Source of the DNA: an uncultured Candidatus Saccharibacteria bacterium
GTDB taxonomy: Bacteria > Patescibacteriota > Saccharimonadia > Saccharimonadales > AWTP1-31
Direction of reading: 5' to 3'
Length of the DNA: 64,000 bases
NCBI GenBank assembly: GCA_937903325.1
Contig: CALCZR010000059.1
Location: forward strand, 151,547-215,546
The position numbers were made by a program, and so were the translations under genes. Shown here piece by piece: positions 42,217-51,849 of this stretch. Below the pieces are notes generated by a model, which was not told where the DNA came from, searched no databases, and saw nothing but the letters and a program-made list of their open reading frames with translations. Numbering within the stretch: position 1 is the stretch's first letter; every line of letters starts with the position of its first letter.

Positions 42217-43446
42217 ATGACATACAATACTTACATGAAGCACTACGTTGTTGGTACTCATGTCCGTAAATCAAGATGGCTTTTGCTATTACTGCCAGTA
42301 GTCACCCTGTTAGTCATTGGCTTGCTGCTCGTGTTGCTTGGTGGTTCCGCAAAAGCCCCTAGTACTAGCAGCAACTCTTCTAACGCAAAGCCTACAGTGC
42401 AGACAACTTCATTAGAAGGAAGGTACCTGTTTAATGGTACGACCGTCTGGGCGCGGGCTGTCGAACGAGATAGTCGTCGGGCAGACGGTAGCTATGACTA
42501 CGCCCATCCATTTAGTCAGCTGAGTACTTTTGAACGAGAAAAGTACGACGCCTGGATGACCAGCTTTGAATGCCCCGCCACCAACAATACCGTGCCATTT
42601 GCGCTGCAGGTCAGTAACCTGACCTTTAACTGTCGACCAGAATTCTTACCAGAAGCCAAGAAGTACTTCGATATCTTTGACCTAGCCAATAACCATACTG
42701 GTGACCAGGGCGGAGCGGCTGGGCTCACCGAAACACGCCAACATCTCAAAGAGGCGGGCGTACAGTATTTTGGTAGCTTCGATCCGGGAGTATCTGAGGA
42801 TATTTGCGAAGTTATTTCACTGCCAGTGCGGCTGCAGAAGTCAGACGGCAAAGAAGCCAAAGGGAATTTGCCTGTGGCAATGTGCGGTTGGCACTACTTC
42901 TTCAGGAAGCCTCTGGCCGGCGAAATAGAGCAGATGAATCAATACGCCAAGGTCATGCCGGTATTCGCCTTTGTAGAGATGGGCACTGAATACCAAGCAA
43001 AAGCCAATGCTATTCAGGAAGAAATTGCCCACGCCGTTATTGACCAAGGTCCAGAATTCTTAATAGCCAACAATCCCCATTGGGTCCAGAACACCGAAGT
43101 GTATAAAGGTAAGCTTATCGTCTACGCTACCGGTAACTTTATCTTTGACCAGCTTGAACCTGAAGAGCAGCGTAGTGCCAGCATAGCTGTGGATATGACC
43201 GTCAAATACGATGCTAATGTCCAGAAGTGGTTGGATCTGGCTAAGGACTGTCAGGCCTACCAAGACGATTGTCTGAGTAAGGCAACTCAGCAAAAGCTAT
43301 CTAAGGTAAAATTATCTCTCAAATACGGAGTAGTAGCAGGTCAGGGCGGGGCGGGTAAGCTGACACGTAAAGCAGACGCAGCTACGCAGACCGTGGTTGA
43401 GGAGCGTATGAACTGGGCAGAGACACTGAAACAACTTGGCCAGTAG
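42217..43446 (+). CDS. CapA/PGA_cap-family metallophosphatase-like protein, membrane-anchored
   Basis: An N-terminal TM helix is followed by a DLANNHTGDQG motif characteristic of CapA. Confidence 0.7.
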   Translation: MTYNTYMKHYVVGTHVRKSRWLLLLLPVVTLLVIGLLLVLLGGSAKAPSTSSNSSNAKPTVQTTSLEGRYLFNGTTVWARAVERDSRRADGSYDYAHPFSQLSTFEREKYDAWMTSFECPATNNTVPFALQVSNLTFNCRPEFLPEAKKYFDIFDLANNHTGDQGGAAGLTETRQHLKEAGVQYFGSFDPGVSEDICEVISLPVRLQKSDGKEAKGNLPVAMCGWHYFFRKPLAGEIEQMNQYAKVMPVFAFVEMGTEYQAKANAIQEEIAHAVIDQGPEFLIANNPHWVQNTEVYKGKLIVYATGNFIFDQLEPEEQRSASIAVDMTVKYDANVQKWLDLAKDCQAYQDDCLSKATQQKLSKVKLSLKYGVVAGQGGAGKLTRKADAATQTVVEERMNWAETLKQLGQ

Positions 43447-43500
43447 TCAAATATATTGTGTGAGATAGTTACCTCTTGTATACTGCTATAAAAGAGATTT

Positions 43501-44229
43501 ATGACGGATTTTATATACCAGCGAGATGGCCGACATGACCATAGTGCTACACAAGATGAGCTAGACGATCTTCTGTTAGATAATTTGCATAACGCATGGT
43601 CTAACCAGCAGGATGACGTGCATGTTCTACGTGCGGATATTCTGCAGAAACTTGTAAGGCACGGTGCACTTGGCAAGGTGTTCGGTTGGGTGATTTTTGA
43701 CCTGACCAGGTCAGAGTCTGGTTCTGTTGCAGTTGCTGATCAGCCAGTGAGTGACGAAGTGCTTCTAATTACTTACCCCGAAGAGGAAGGAAGCCGAGAC
43801 CGTTATACTAAACTATTGCACCAACAGATATTCAATTGCGACGATAGCAATACGGCTGTAATAACAGAAGAGGCACTAATTGATCACGAAGGTGATTGCT
43901 ATCACGGTCTAAGAGGTACAGTCATCGGTGAAGATGGTGATACCGGTTCGTCGTACCCATGGTTTCATACCGATGGCCCTGATCTTTTATTAGGAAGAAC
44001 TGTGTTTGCAACACTACCAACGACGTATGCACTAAAAGCCAATGATCATAGCGACCTTGTACCGTTAATTGGTGAATTGGATCTTGACGACTTCACGAAT
44101 GCCCAGGATGTAGTTGTCCCAGGGTTGTTCTTTAACAGCGCAGATGCGGCATATAGCTTAGCTAAGGCTATGAACATATTTGAAATGGTTCGACACGAAG
44201 AACCCGTTCGCTGTCATAGGCCGGGCTAG
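43501..44229 (+). CDS. Hypothetical protein
   Basis: The 242-aa ORF has an AAAGAG RBS and no recognisable motifs. Confidence 0.5.
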   Translation: MTDFIYQRDGRHDHSATQDELDDLLLDNLHNAWSNQQDDVHVLRADILQKLVRHGALGKVFGWVIFDLTRSESGSVAVADQPVSDEVLLITYPEEEGSRDRYTKLLHQQIFNCDDSNTAVITEEALIDHEGDCYHGLRGTVIGEDGDTGSSYPWFHTDGPDLLLGRTVFATLPTTYALKANDHSDLVPLIGELDLDDFTNAQDVVVPGLFFNSADAAYSLAKAMNIFEMVRHEEPVRCHRPG

Positions 44230-44235
44230 ATTTAC

Positions 44236-44877
44236 TTACTTTACGTTCTTGATAGCTTCTTCGATGAGCTTGTTGAAGTCGTCGAGAGTCTGCGGGTTCT
44301 TTTCAATTTTCTTGCCCTGTAGGAAGAATGTAGGAGTTGAGTTAACGCCTAACTTCACGCCTGCTTCGTAGTCGGCGTTGGTGATGTCGTTAACTTCAGT
44401 GCCAGCGTAGTCAGTCTTAAACTTAGCCATGTCTAGCCCAAGTTGCATCGCGTAACTTTCGAAGATAGGGACAACATTAGTGCTCGATTCCCAGCTCTTC
44501 TGCTGTTCGTAAAGCAAATCGTGCATTTCCCAGAACTTGCCTTGCATGGAAGCTGCTTCAGCAGCGCGAGAACTAGCTCGAGCATTCTGGTGAATCTGAC
44601 TTAGTGGGAAGTTACGGAACTGGAACTGGATGTCGGCTTTGTATTTCTCAACAACTTGCTTGACGATGGGGAAGTACGAACCACAAGCTGGACATTGGTA
44701 ATCCCCGTATTCTACTAATACAACTTTCTTAGCATTATCACCCATGACATGGTTGCTCAGTTTGCTGGTATTACCAGAGTTACTGCCAGTGCCAGAATCT
44801 TTTTTAGAAGTTGCTAGATAGATGCCAACGAGGCCTAAAACACACACTAATAGAATTGCGATAAATCTCTTACTCAT
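44236..44877 (-). CDS. DsbA-like thiol-disulfide oxidoreductase, secreted or anchored
   Basis: The thioredoxin-fold active site VEYGDYQCPACGSY (CPAC) follows an N-terminal TM helix or signal peptide. Confidence 0.8.
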   Translation of the reverse strand: MSKRFIAILLVCVLGLVGIYLATSKKDSGTGSNSGNTSKLSNHVMGDNAKKVVLVEYGDYQCPACGSYFPIVKQVVEKYKADIQFQFRNFPLSQIHQNARASSRAAEAASMQGKFWEMHDLLYEQQKSWESSTNVVPIFESYAMQLGLDMAKFKTDYAGTEVNDITNADYEAGVKLGVNSTPTFFLQGKKIEKNPQTLDDFNKLIEEAIKNVK

Positions 44878-44900
44878 GCATATATAGTACTATAGTTAGT

Positions 44901-46022
44901 ATGATTCAGTTTATTTTTGTACTGGTGCTCGCCGCTCTGACAGTAGCCAGTGTTTCTCTCCAGAAGACCTACAGCAAAACCCCCTTAAAGGAACTTAAAA
45001 GGCGGGCCAATAAAGGCGACGAGCTTGCCAAGGCCTTACACCAGGCCGTGTCATACGGCGCGAGTCTTGAGTTACTGCTTTGGATAATCATTGGCCTGGC
45101 AGCAGCTGGTTTCTTCGTCGTGTTGTCGAGCGCTCTTCCGGCATGGCTGGCATTGTTCGGTTGTGCAGCACTGCTCTGGGTAGCCTTTGCCTGGCTACCA
45201 AATACCCGGGTTACCAACATTAGCCAACGTACGGCCCAGAAAGCCGCCCCGGCACTTGCTTGGGTACTTGCCCACACCTACCCAGTACTGAATAAGGCCA
45301 GTGAACTTGTTGCGAAACACAGCCGCATCACGGTACATAGTGGCGTCTATCAAAAAGAAGATCTCGTAGATCTCCTCGATCGACAGGCCCACCAGCCAGA
45401 TAACCGCATGACAGCCTACGAACTAGGGATTGTCAAAAGTGCCCTGACATTTAGCGACAAGTTAATCCGGGATGTCATGACGCCAAAGCGGGTAGTCAAA
45501 ACCGTTAAGGGTGAAGATGCTATTGGGCCACTGCTTCTAGATGAATTACATAAGAGCGGTTTCTCTCGATTCCCGGTAACGGGTGAAAAAGATAGTGACA
45601 TTATTGGTACGCTGTACTTGCGAGATCTGGTCAGAACTAAGGCCGGTGGCTTAGTAAAAACCTCCATGAAGAAAACGGTCTACTACGTCAACGAAGAAAA
45701 ACCGTTACAACACGCATTACAGGCTTTCCTAAAGACCAAGCACCATCTGTTTATAGTAGTGAACAGCTTTGAGGAAGTGGTGGGGATTATTACGGTAGAG
45801 GACGTCTTAGAACAGGTACTGGGTAGGCAGATCGTCGACGAGTTCGATAAGTACGAAGACCTCAGAGCGGTGGCCGCACTGGAAGCTAAGAAAGACGCCA
45901 AGTCTCACAAGCATGTACAGATAGACCCCGATCACCATGATGCAGTTCAGACAGCAGGTCAGCCCGATCAGCCAGTGCCAGAGCAAAAAGAAGGGTCAGA
46001 CAATGACCAGCAAAAAGCCTAA
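44901..46022 (+). CDS. CNNM/CorC-family transporter (DUF21 TM domain plus CBS pair)
   Basis: An N-terminal domain with four TM helices precedes CBS-like segments (IRDVMTPKRVV...VVGIITVEDVLEQV). Confidence 0.8.
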   Translation: MIQFIFVLVLAALTVASVSLQKTYSKTPLKELKRRANKGDELAKALHQAVSYGASLELLLWIIIGLAAAGFFVVLSSALPAWLALFGCAALLWVAFAWLPNTRVTNISQRTAQKAAPALAWVLAHTYPVLNKASELVAKHSRITVHSGVYQKEDLVDLLDRQAHQPDNRMTAYELGIVKSALTFSDKLIRDVMTPKRVVKTVKGEDAIGPLLLDELHKSGFSRFPVTGEKDSDIIGTLYLRDLVRTKAGGLVKTSMKKTVYYVNEEKPLQHALQAFLKTKHHLFIVVNSFEEVVGIITVEDVLEQVLGRQIVDEFDKYEDLRAVAALEAKKDAKSHKHVQIDPDHHDAVQTAGQPDQPVPEQKEGSDNDQQKA

Positions 46023-46653
46023 ATCTCTCAAGGTTTTATTCGCCAGTAACAATCCGGGTAAGATCACTGACGCCCAAGTGTTTGTGAAGGGCACGAATAT
46101 TGAACTACTCACACCTAAAGACTTAGGACTCAAACTCGATCCAGACGAAACAGGCAACACCTACGAAGAGAACGCACTGATAAAGGCCAAGGCATTTCAG
46201 GAAGCGGCCGGTGACCCGGACCTTATCGTAGTGTCAGACGATGGTGGAATTGAAATCCCAACACTAAACAACGAACCCGGTGTATACTCGCGCCGCTGGA
46301 AGGGCTACGTCATGTCCGACCAAGAAATCGTGGACTACTGCCTGGAGCGGATGCAAGGCAAGAAGGGTGTCGAGCGAGACGCCAACTTTGTTGGGGTGAT
46401 CTGTGTACTTATGCCCGGCCGTGATCCTCAGTACTTCCGTGGTGTCATGAAGTGCCACATAACTGAGGAGCCGGCCACCGGTGAGATTATAGAAGGCTTT
46501 CCATTCCGGTCACTTATGTATGTGCCTGAGCTGAAGAAGATGATCTATGACGTACACGGTACTACCATTGCAGAGCGAGGTGGGTTTATGAACCACCGCG
46601 AACAGGGCCTGCAAGCCGCTTTTGCCTGGGTCGCCAAGCAAACAAGATCATGA
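46003..46653 (+). CDS. Non-canonical purine NTP pyrophosphatase (RdgB/Ham1 family)
   Basis: LKVLFASNNPGKITDAQ...SDDGGIEIP are Ham1-like motifs. The start was set at the ATG at 46003, 20 nt before the upstream gene's stop. Confidence 0.7.
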   Translation: MTSKKPKSLKVLFASNNPGKITDAQVFVKGTNIELLTPKDLGLKLDPDETGNTYEENALIKAKAFQEAAGDPDLIVVSDDGGIEIPTLNNEPGVYSRRWKGYVMSDQEIVDYCLERMQGKKGVERDANFVGVICVLMPGRDPQYFRGVMKCHITEEPATGEIIEGFPFRSLMYVPELKKMIYDVHGTTIAERGGFMNHREQGLQAAFAWVAKQTRS

Positions 46654-46703
46654 TATAATCACCCCTATGTTTACAGTGGTACAAAACACAGATAATAATA
46701 TCC

Positions 46704-46748
46704 GGGTCGGCAGCACGACTCCGGCTGTTCTTGCTGCGTAACCGACCC
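46704..46748 (+). other. Nested GC-rich stem-loop in aspS/asnS 5' region
   Basis: GGGTCGG (46704-46710) pairs with CCGACCC (46742-46748), enclosing CAGCA/TGCTG. There is no U-tract, so it is not a canonical terminator. Confidence 0.3.
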
Positions 46749-46792
46749 ACCCTTATAAGCCACAAATCTATAAAACAATCAGAGGAATAACT

Positions 46793-48106
46793 ATGCGAAC
46801 ATTAGCAAAAGACGTGGCCAAATCTCCGGAAAAGCAGGTCACTATTCAAGGGTGGATACACAAAAAACGATTACTTGGCGGACTAAACTTCATTAACATC
46901 CGTGACCGCAGCGGTCTCACCCAGGTACTAGTAGAGAAGGGCGATGAAGTTGAAAAGCTTCGTGGCATGCAGATTGGTACAGTAGTAGAAATTACTGGTA
47001 CCGTCTATCCAGACGAACGTGCACCTGGTGGAGCTGAGCTGCACGATCCAGAAATTACCGTCCTGGTTCCCGTAACAGAAGAACCGCCAATTGAAATCGA
47101 CAAGCCGATTAGTCACAAGAGCGAGCACCTCGATACACTCTTTGACCACCGCACTCTTAACGTACGTAACCTACAGGAACAGAAGATCTTCAAGATCCGT
47201 GGTAGCCTGACCCGGCACCTCCGAGACTTCCTATACCAGAACGAATTCATTGAAATCGATACCCCAAAGCTACTCGCAGAAGCAACCGAGGGTGGCGCGG
47301 AAGTATTCCAGCTCGACTACTTTGGTAAGACTGCAACCCTGGCCCAGAGCCCCCAGTTCTATAAGCAGATCATGGTCGGGGCCTTTGAACGAGTTTACGA
47401 AATCGGTCATAGCTACCGAGCGGAGCCAAGTGCAACCACAAGGCATATTACCGAACTAACTATGTTAGATCTAGAGATGGGCTTTGTGAAAGACCACAAC
47501 GAAGTCTTGGACATGGTTGCTGACATGACCCAGTACGCACTGAAGAAAGTCTACGAAGAATACGCGGATGATTTGAAGTCGCTCAACGCGCCAGAACTGA
47601 AACTTCCCGAAGACGGTAAAATTCCACGCTTCACTATTGCTGAGATTCACGAGATGTACACCAAGGCTACCAAGACTGAGATTACTGACCTTAAGGACCT
47701 GACACCAGACGAAGAACGTTGGATTGCTGAATATGCTCGTAAGCAACTCGGTACTGACTTGGTATATGCCGTTCGCTTCCCATTGGCAGCTGGTAAGTTC
47801 TACCACAAGCTCGATGTAGAAGACGGCACCGTCTTCTGGGGTGACCTCATCTTCCGCGGCGTGGAACTAGCAACCGTGCCACTTCGTGAAAACAGCTACG
47901 AAAAGATGCTCGAACAAATGAAGGCAGCCGGCCTAGATGTAACCCACGCAGGTTTCAAACATTATTTGCAGGCCTTTAAATATGGCCTTCCGCAACACGG
48001 TGGTTGTGGCTTTGGTGTTGACCGCTTTGTCATGAAGACCATCGGTCTTGCTAACGTCAAAGAAGCGACTCTCTTCCCCCGAGATATTAACCGACTCGCT
48101 CCGTAG
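46793..48106 (+). CDS. Class IIb aspartyl/asparaginyl-tRNA synthetase
   Basis: An N-terminal OB anticodon-binding domain and class II motifs are present. Motif 3 reads GGCGFGVDRFVMKTIGLANVKEATLFPRDINRLAP. The 437-aa length fits an archaeal-type AspRS or an AsnRS. Confidence 0.85.
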   Translation: MRTLAKDVAKSPEKQVTIQGWIHKKRLLGGLNFINIRDRSGLTQVLVEKGDEVEKLRGMQIGTVVEITGTVYPDERAPGGAELHDPEITVLVPVTEEPPIEIDKPISHKSEHLDTLFDHRTLNVRNLQEQKIFKIRGSLTRHLRDFLYQNEFIEIDTPKLLAEATEGGAEVFQLDYFGKTATLAQSPQFYKQIMVGAFERVYEIGHSYRAEPSATTRHITELTMLDLEMGFVKDHNEVLDMVADMTQYALKKVYEEYADDLKSLNAPELKLPEDGKIPRFTIAEIHEMYTKATKTEITDLKDLTPDEERWIAEYARKQLGTDLVYAVRFPLAAGKFYHKLDVEDGTVFWGDLIFRGVELATVPLRENSYEKMLEQMKAAGLDVTHAGFKHYLQAFKYGLPQHGGCGFGVDRFVMKTIGLANVKEATLFPRDINRLAP

Positions 48107-48173
48107 CACGGCTAGCTTCTTACAGGGACGAATTTACTCCGCTTATGCTTAGAGCTATACTTCTGTAGTTACC

Positions 48174-49889
48174 ATGCAGAAACAAATATCACCACAATTT
48201 AGCTCAGCCGCTCTGACCGAAAGTATGCACGGCTTAGAAAGAGCTCCGATAGGTATAGAAGACGTTCGCGATCTAGGTCTTAGCTATGAACTCATACCGG
48301 ACGTACTTCTGGACCAGACTATTGGGGAGATTAGAGACGATCTTGAGCGGACTGATAAAGAAGAGAATCCAGATATCTTTTACCAAACATACTTGGAATA
48401 TGGACCAGGCGTTCTCAATGGTCTAAACTATTTGTACCGTACAGCAGATCTTATTACTCTAGCCGCCCAGGATCACTTAGGCCGGGAAGATGAGGTACAG
48501 GCTAAAGTTGAGGCCAACCCAATTCGACAGCATCTTCTAGAGGTGTTTCTTCGGGACAAGTCTCACCACAAAGGTGCACTGATCGCTCATAATGCACCGT
48601 TTACACTCAGGGATATTGCTGCTTTCATAGATACCTATTACGAAGATCTCGATGCCAACGGGCATATGGACGCCGCTCGGGAACGATTGGATACTGCAAA
48701 AGATACATTCCTGAGTGATCTAGATGGCGATGTAGCAGCAGAGCTAATCCCCGACAAGGCAATTAGGGATCAAATAGCCCAGACAGCCAAAGCTAGCCCT
48801 GTGAAACTAATGGACCCCCTTACCTGGATGCTAACAGATCTAAGCAATACTGAAGACACATGGGGTGGGTTCTACTATGAGGACCGTACAGCGCGTGTTC
48901 TATATCCGCTCGATATTGACCCCGAAGATCCTCTCTTCACCGACCAGTTGCGTCATCACCTATATCACGAGTTGCTTCACTCTGCATTTCTGAAGACATT
49001 TACTCGACAATTCTTGAAAGATCCATCAGCAGAAGGGGAGCTGAAACGTAAATTTCCTTCCTTTCTGGAAGAAGCGGTTGTCGAGAAGATTGCTTTTGTT
49101 GTCTCGTCTCAACATAGCTCCACCAGTGAACGAAACCCTAAGTCTGGCGCTTCCGAAGAAGACTGGCGCTACGATGTTGATGCTCCCGACCACGTATTAA
49201 TGTCGAAAGATTCACCGCACCGTGCTAGCTATGACGAGGCTCTTGAATCACGCGACCAAGTGTATGATTACTATCGTTTAGCGGTCGACATTATATTTGA
49301 CCGTATTGACTGGTCTAAAGCCGGGGTTACTAAGAAGCAGGCGGAAGGGATGTTTGCTCTAGCTTGTTTTGAAACACCACTTGGGGAGATGCCCCGACAA
49401 GAAGATCGACATCCTTTACGCAAATCATTCTTTGCAACGCTTCGCAAGGCTGGTGGTGCGGGACTTATTAATCGTGTCGATCAAGCTATTGAAAGCATTG
49501 GCTTATTTCGAGCGCTTAGCCTGCTGCAGAATCCAGACGTGGATATTACCTCAATAGAGGAGTTTCCAGCTACGGTCTCTGCAGAAAAATACGCTGAGTC
49601 GGTTCAGCGTGTTAACAACATTGTTAACACTAAGTTTGGAGCAATAGAGAACAATGGTGAGGATGCCGAGGTAGGTGAACTTGAAGAGGCTGAAGCGAAG
49701 GCCCGTGTTGTTAGTGAAAGATATCGGCAGCGCATTGACCATACGCAGAATATTATTGATCGGCAAGATGTAACGCTCGGCGTTAGAAATTACGTACGCG
49801 GACCTGCCCGACCAGACCAGCCAAGAGGATCGGTCCCGCCTCGACCTTTTGTGCAGCAAAGACGGAGAGGAATACTTGGGGACTCTTGA
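48174..49889 (+). CDS. Hypothetical cytoplasmic protein with HEXXH motif (possible zinc metallopeptidase)
   Basis: The 571-aa product has LYHELLHSAF (HELLH) with Glu residues 20-25 aa downstream, and no signal peptide. Confidence 0.5.
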   Translation: MQKQISPQFSSAALTESMHGLERAPIGIEDVRDLGLSYELIPDVLLDQTIGEIRDDLERTDKEENPDIFYQTYLEYGPGVLNGLNYLYRTADLITLAAQDHLGREDEVQAKVEANPIRQHLLEVFLRDKSHHKGALIAHNAPFTLRDIAAFIDTYYEDLDANGHMDAARERLDTAKDTFLSDLDGDVAAELIPDKAIRDQIAQTAKASPVKLMDPLTWMLTDLSNTEDTWGGFYYEDRTARVLYPLDIDPEDPLFTDQLRHHLYHELLHSAFLKTFTRQFLKDPSAEGELKRKFPSFLEEAVVEKIAFVVSSQHSSTSERNPKSGASEEDWRYDVDAPDHVLMSKDSPHRASYDEALESRDQVYDYYRLAVDIIFDRIDWSKAGVTKKQAEGMFALACFETPLGEMPRQEDRHPLRKSFFATLRKAGGAGLINRVDQAIESIGLFRALSLLQNPDVDITSIEEFPATVSAEKYAESVQRVNNIVNTKFGAIENNGEDAEVGELEEAEAKARVVSERYRQRIDHTQNIIDRQDVTLGVRNYVRGPARPDQPRGSVPPRPFVQQRRRGILGDS

Positions 49890-49950
49890 CAATACCATAA
49901 GCGTGATATACTAGAAGTGTTACTAACTAAAACAAATACAATAAAATCAA

Positions 49951-50262
49951 ATGAGCTTACTTACAGACCTCACCCTTGCATATGAAACCCTTGCTGACGA
50001 TCCCATTGAAGTGGGTATCCATTACGGCAAGTCTATTCTTCGTGCCCTATCACCGAGTAGCTCTAGCTCAGTTTCATCTTCTGATTCTCACAAATCTAGT
50101 TCTAGTCCTGTTAGTCTTGCCCGAGTCGCATCGCGCATCCAAATTAATCGAACAGTCCGTCGCAGTGTCGCACCTACTGAGGTCCCACGTGCTAGTTACC
50201 TGAACTATGCAACACGCCGACCAGTTGGGTATACCCAGCGTAATCTCGTTGGTGCTTTGTAG
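49951..50262 (+). CDS. Hypothetical Ser-rich small protein
   Basis: The 103-aa ORF has an ATG start and a low-complexity Ser tract. Confidence 0.4.
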   Translation: MSLLTDLTLAYETLADDPIEVGIHYGKSILRALSPSSSSSVSSSDSHKSSSSPVSLARVASRIQINRTVRRSVAPTEVPRASYLNYATRRPVGYTQRNLVGAL

Positions 50263-50317
50263 TAACCCTAACTTATGCAGTCATTGCTTGTCAGTCATTC
50301 AATATATGTACAGAAAT

Positions 50318-50350
50318 AAAAAGAGGACCGCAACGGCCCTCTTTTGCTGT
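50318..50350. terminator. Bidirectional rho-independent terminator between convergent genes
   Basis: A GAGGACCG-CAA-CGGCCCTC hairpin is flanked by an A-run on the 5' side and TTTTGCTGTT on the 3' side. Confidence 0.55.
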
Positions 50351-50361
50351 TAAGAAGAAAG

Positions 50362-50868
50362 CTACTTCTTAACTTGGTTGGCTTGGATAGCCTTTACGAC
50401 TTGTCCGTCGTCTTTGAGGTTTTCCCAGAAGAGAACTTGCTTGCTCTCGATGTACATAACGTCATCTGGGCCGTGCAGCTCACTACCGAGCTTAGCGAGT
50501 GAGAGGTTCTGGTCTTTGTTTTCTTGAGTAGCCTGCTGCTCACCTTGGACGTCTTGCTGAACTTGCAAGTAGTAGATGTTCTTTAGGGTGTAGCCAGTGC
50601 CGCTAATCTTGTCGATCTTACCAAAGTAGACTTGGCCGTTGGTTAGGAAAACTGCTTGGTACTTATCTTTGTTAATCTTTCCAGCGAATTCGTTACCCAT
50701 GAGACTCTTCTTAGCAAAGAATCCACCGACGAGAACAACAAGTAGCACGATAACGATTACGATTGCCTTAACGGCGTGTTTTGGTCGTCGGCTGCGGACG
50801 GCGCTGATTGGTGAGCTCGCAGGTGCTTGCTGGCCAGAATTTTGTGAACGTTTAACAACTTGATCCAT
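50362..50868 (-). CDS. Membrane-anchored hypothetical protein
   Basis: The 168-aa product has a single N-terminal TM helix (AIVIVIVLLVVLVGGFF). Confidence 0.5.
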   Translation of the reverse strand: MDQVVKRSQNSGQQAPASSPISAVRSRRPKHAVKAIVIVIVLLVVLVGGFFAKKSLMGNEFAGKINKDKYQAVFLTNGQVYFGKIDKISGTGYTLKNIYYLQVQQDVQGEQQATQENKDQNLSLAKLGSELHGPDDVMYIESKQVLFWENLKDDGQVVKAIQANQVKK

Positions 50869-51008
50869 GAAATTTTATCTCCCTCACTTCATATAAATGG
50901 TCATAGTCAGTGTAGCTCAAAATAAAACCACAAGCAACGAGCGGAATCAACATATCGCCGCTCCAACAGATATGGTAGTATTGGAGCATAAGTATTTTCA
51001 GGAGATTT

Positions 51009-51845
51009 GTGCGACGACATAAAGCAATCTTGGTGGCAATTGTTTTAATGGCAGTTTCTGCTCTTAGTTTGCTGGTTCCTGAATTAGCCCAAGCTGCTCA
51101 AACGTCGACTTCACAAGGCTTCAAGATCAACACTGCAGTGAGCGAAGGTGCGCTGGTGAGTATCGATCAAAAGGATTCCCAAGCCGTGGAGATGGCCAGT
51201 CTTTCCAGTCGTGACGCCATGGTCGGGGTCGCAGTTAGTAATGGCCAGGCACTTGTTACTTTTAGCGATGGATCTGGGAGAGTGCAGGTAGTAAGTAGCG
51301 GACAGGCCCCGACACAAGTCTCTACTGCGAATGGAAATATTAAAAAGGGTGACCGCTTGAGCATCTCACCCATTAGCGGAGTAGCCATGAAGGCTAGTAG
51401 TGCCGGTAAAGTTATTGGTGTGGCTCAACAGGATTTTAATGGCACCGAGTCTAAAGACAAAAAGTCAGTAGAGTTAACCGACAGTGCCGGGCAAAAGAAA
51501 ACAGTGCAGGTGGGCAAGGCGGTTGTGGAAGTATCGGTCGAAGAGTGGGCGCCGAATGGCCAGCCGAACAGCCCACTGCTCAATAATCTGCGTAGTTTCT
51601 TAGGCACCACTGTTGGTAAACCAGTTAGTAACGTCCAAGCGGTCATGGCGGTAGCGGTTGTATTGTTTGCTATCCTCGCCTCCGGTATTATTCTGTATAG
51701 TTCGGTGTCATCGAGTATTCATTCAATTGGGCGGAATCCGTTATCTAAAGGGATTATCCGACGTAGTTTGTTTGTCATGATCGGTCTGTCGGTTATTGTG
51801 GTTGTTGGTGCGGCATCGGCAGTGTATTTAATTCTAGGGGGCTAA
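51009..51845 (+). CDS. Secreted-domain protein with C-terminal ATP synthase c-subunit-like hairpin
   Basis: A signal peptide and a roughly 190-aa domain precede a C-terminal 70 aa that aligns to c-subunit helix-loop-helix: GRNPLSKGIIRRSLFVMIGLSVIVVVGAASAVYLIL versus E. coli [37 protein letters not shown]. The Asp61 position is Val. Confidence 0.5.
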   Translation: MRRHKAILVAIVLMAVSALSLLVPELAQAAQTSTSQGFKINTAVSEGALVSIDQKDSQAVEMASLSSRDAMVGVAVSNGQALVTFSDGSGRVQVVSSGQAPTQVSTANGNIKKGDRLSISPISGVAMKASSAGKVIGVAQQDFNGTESKDKKSVELTDSAGQKKTVQVGKAVVEVSVEEWAPNGQPNSPLLNNLRSFLGTTVGKPVSNVQAVMAVAVVLFAILASGIILYSSVSSSIHSIGRNPLSKGIIRRSLFVMIGLSVIVVVGAASAVYLILGG

Positions 51846-51849
51846 AAGG

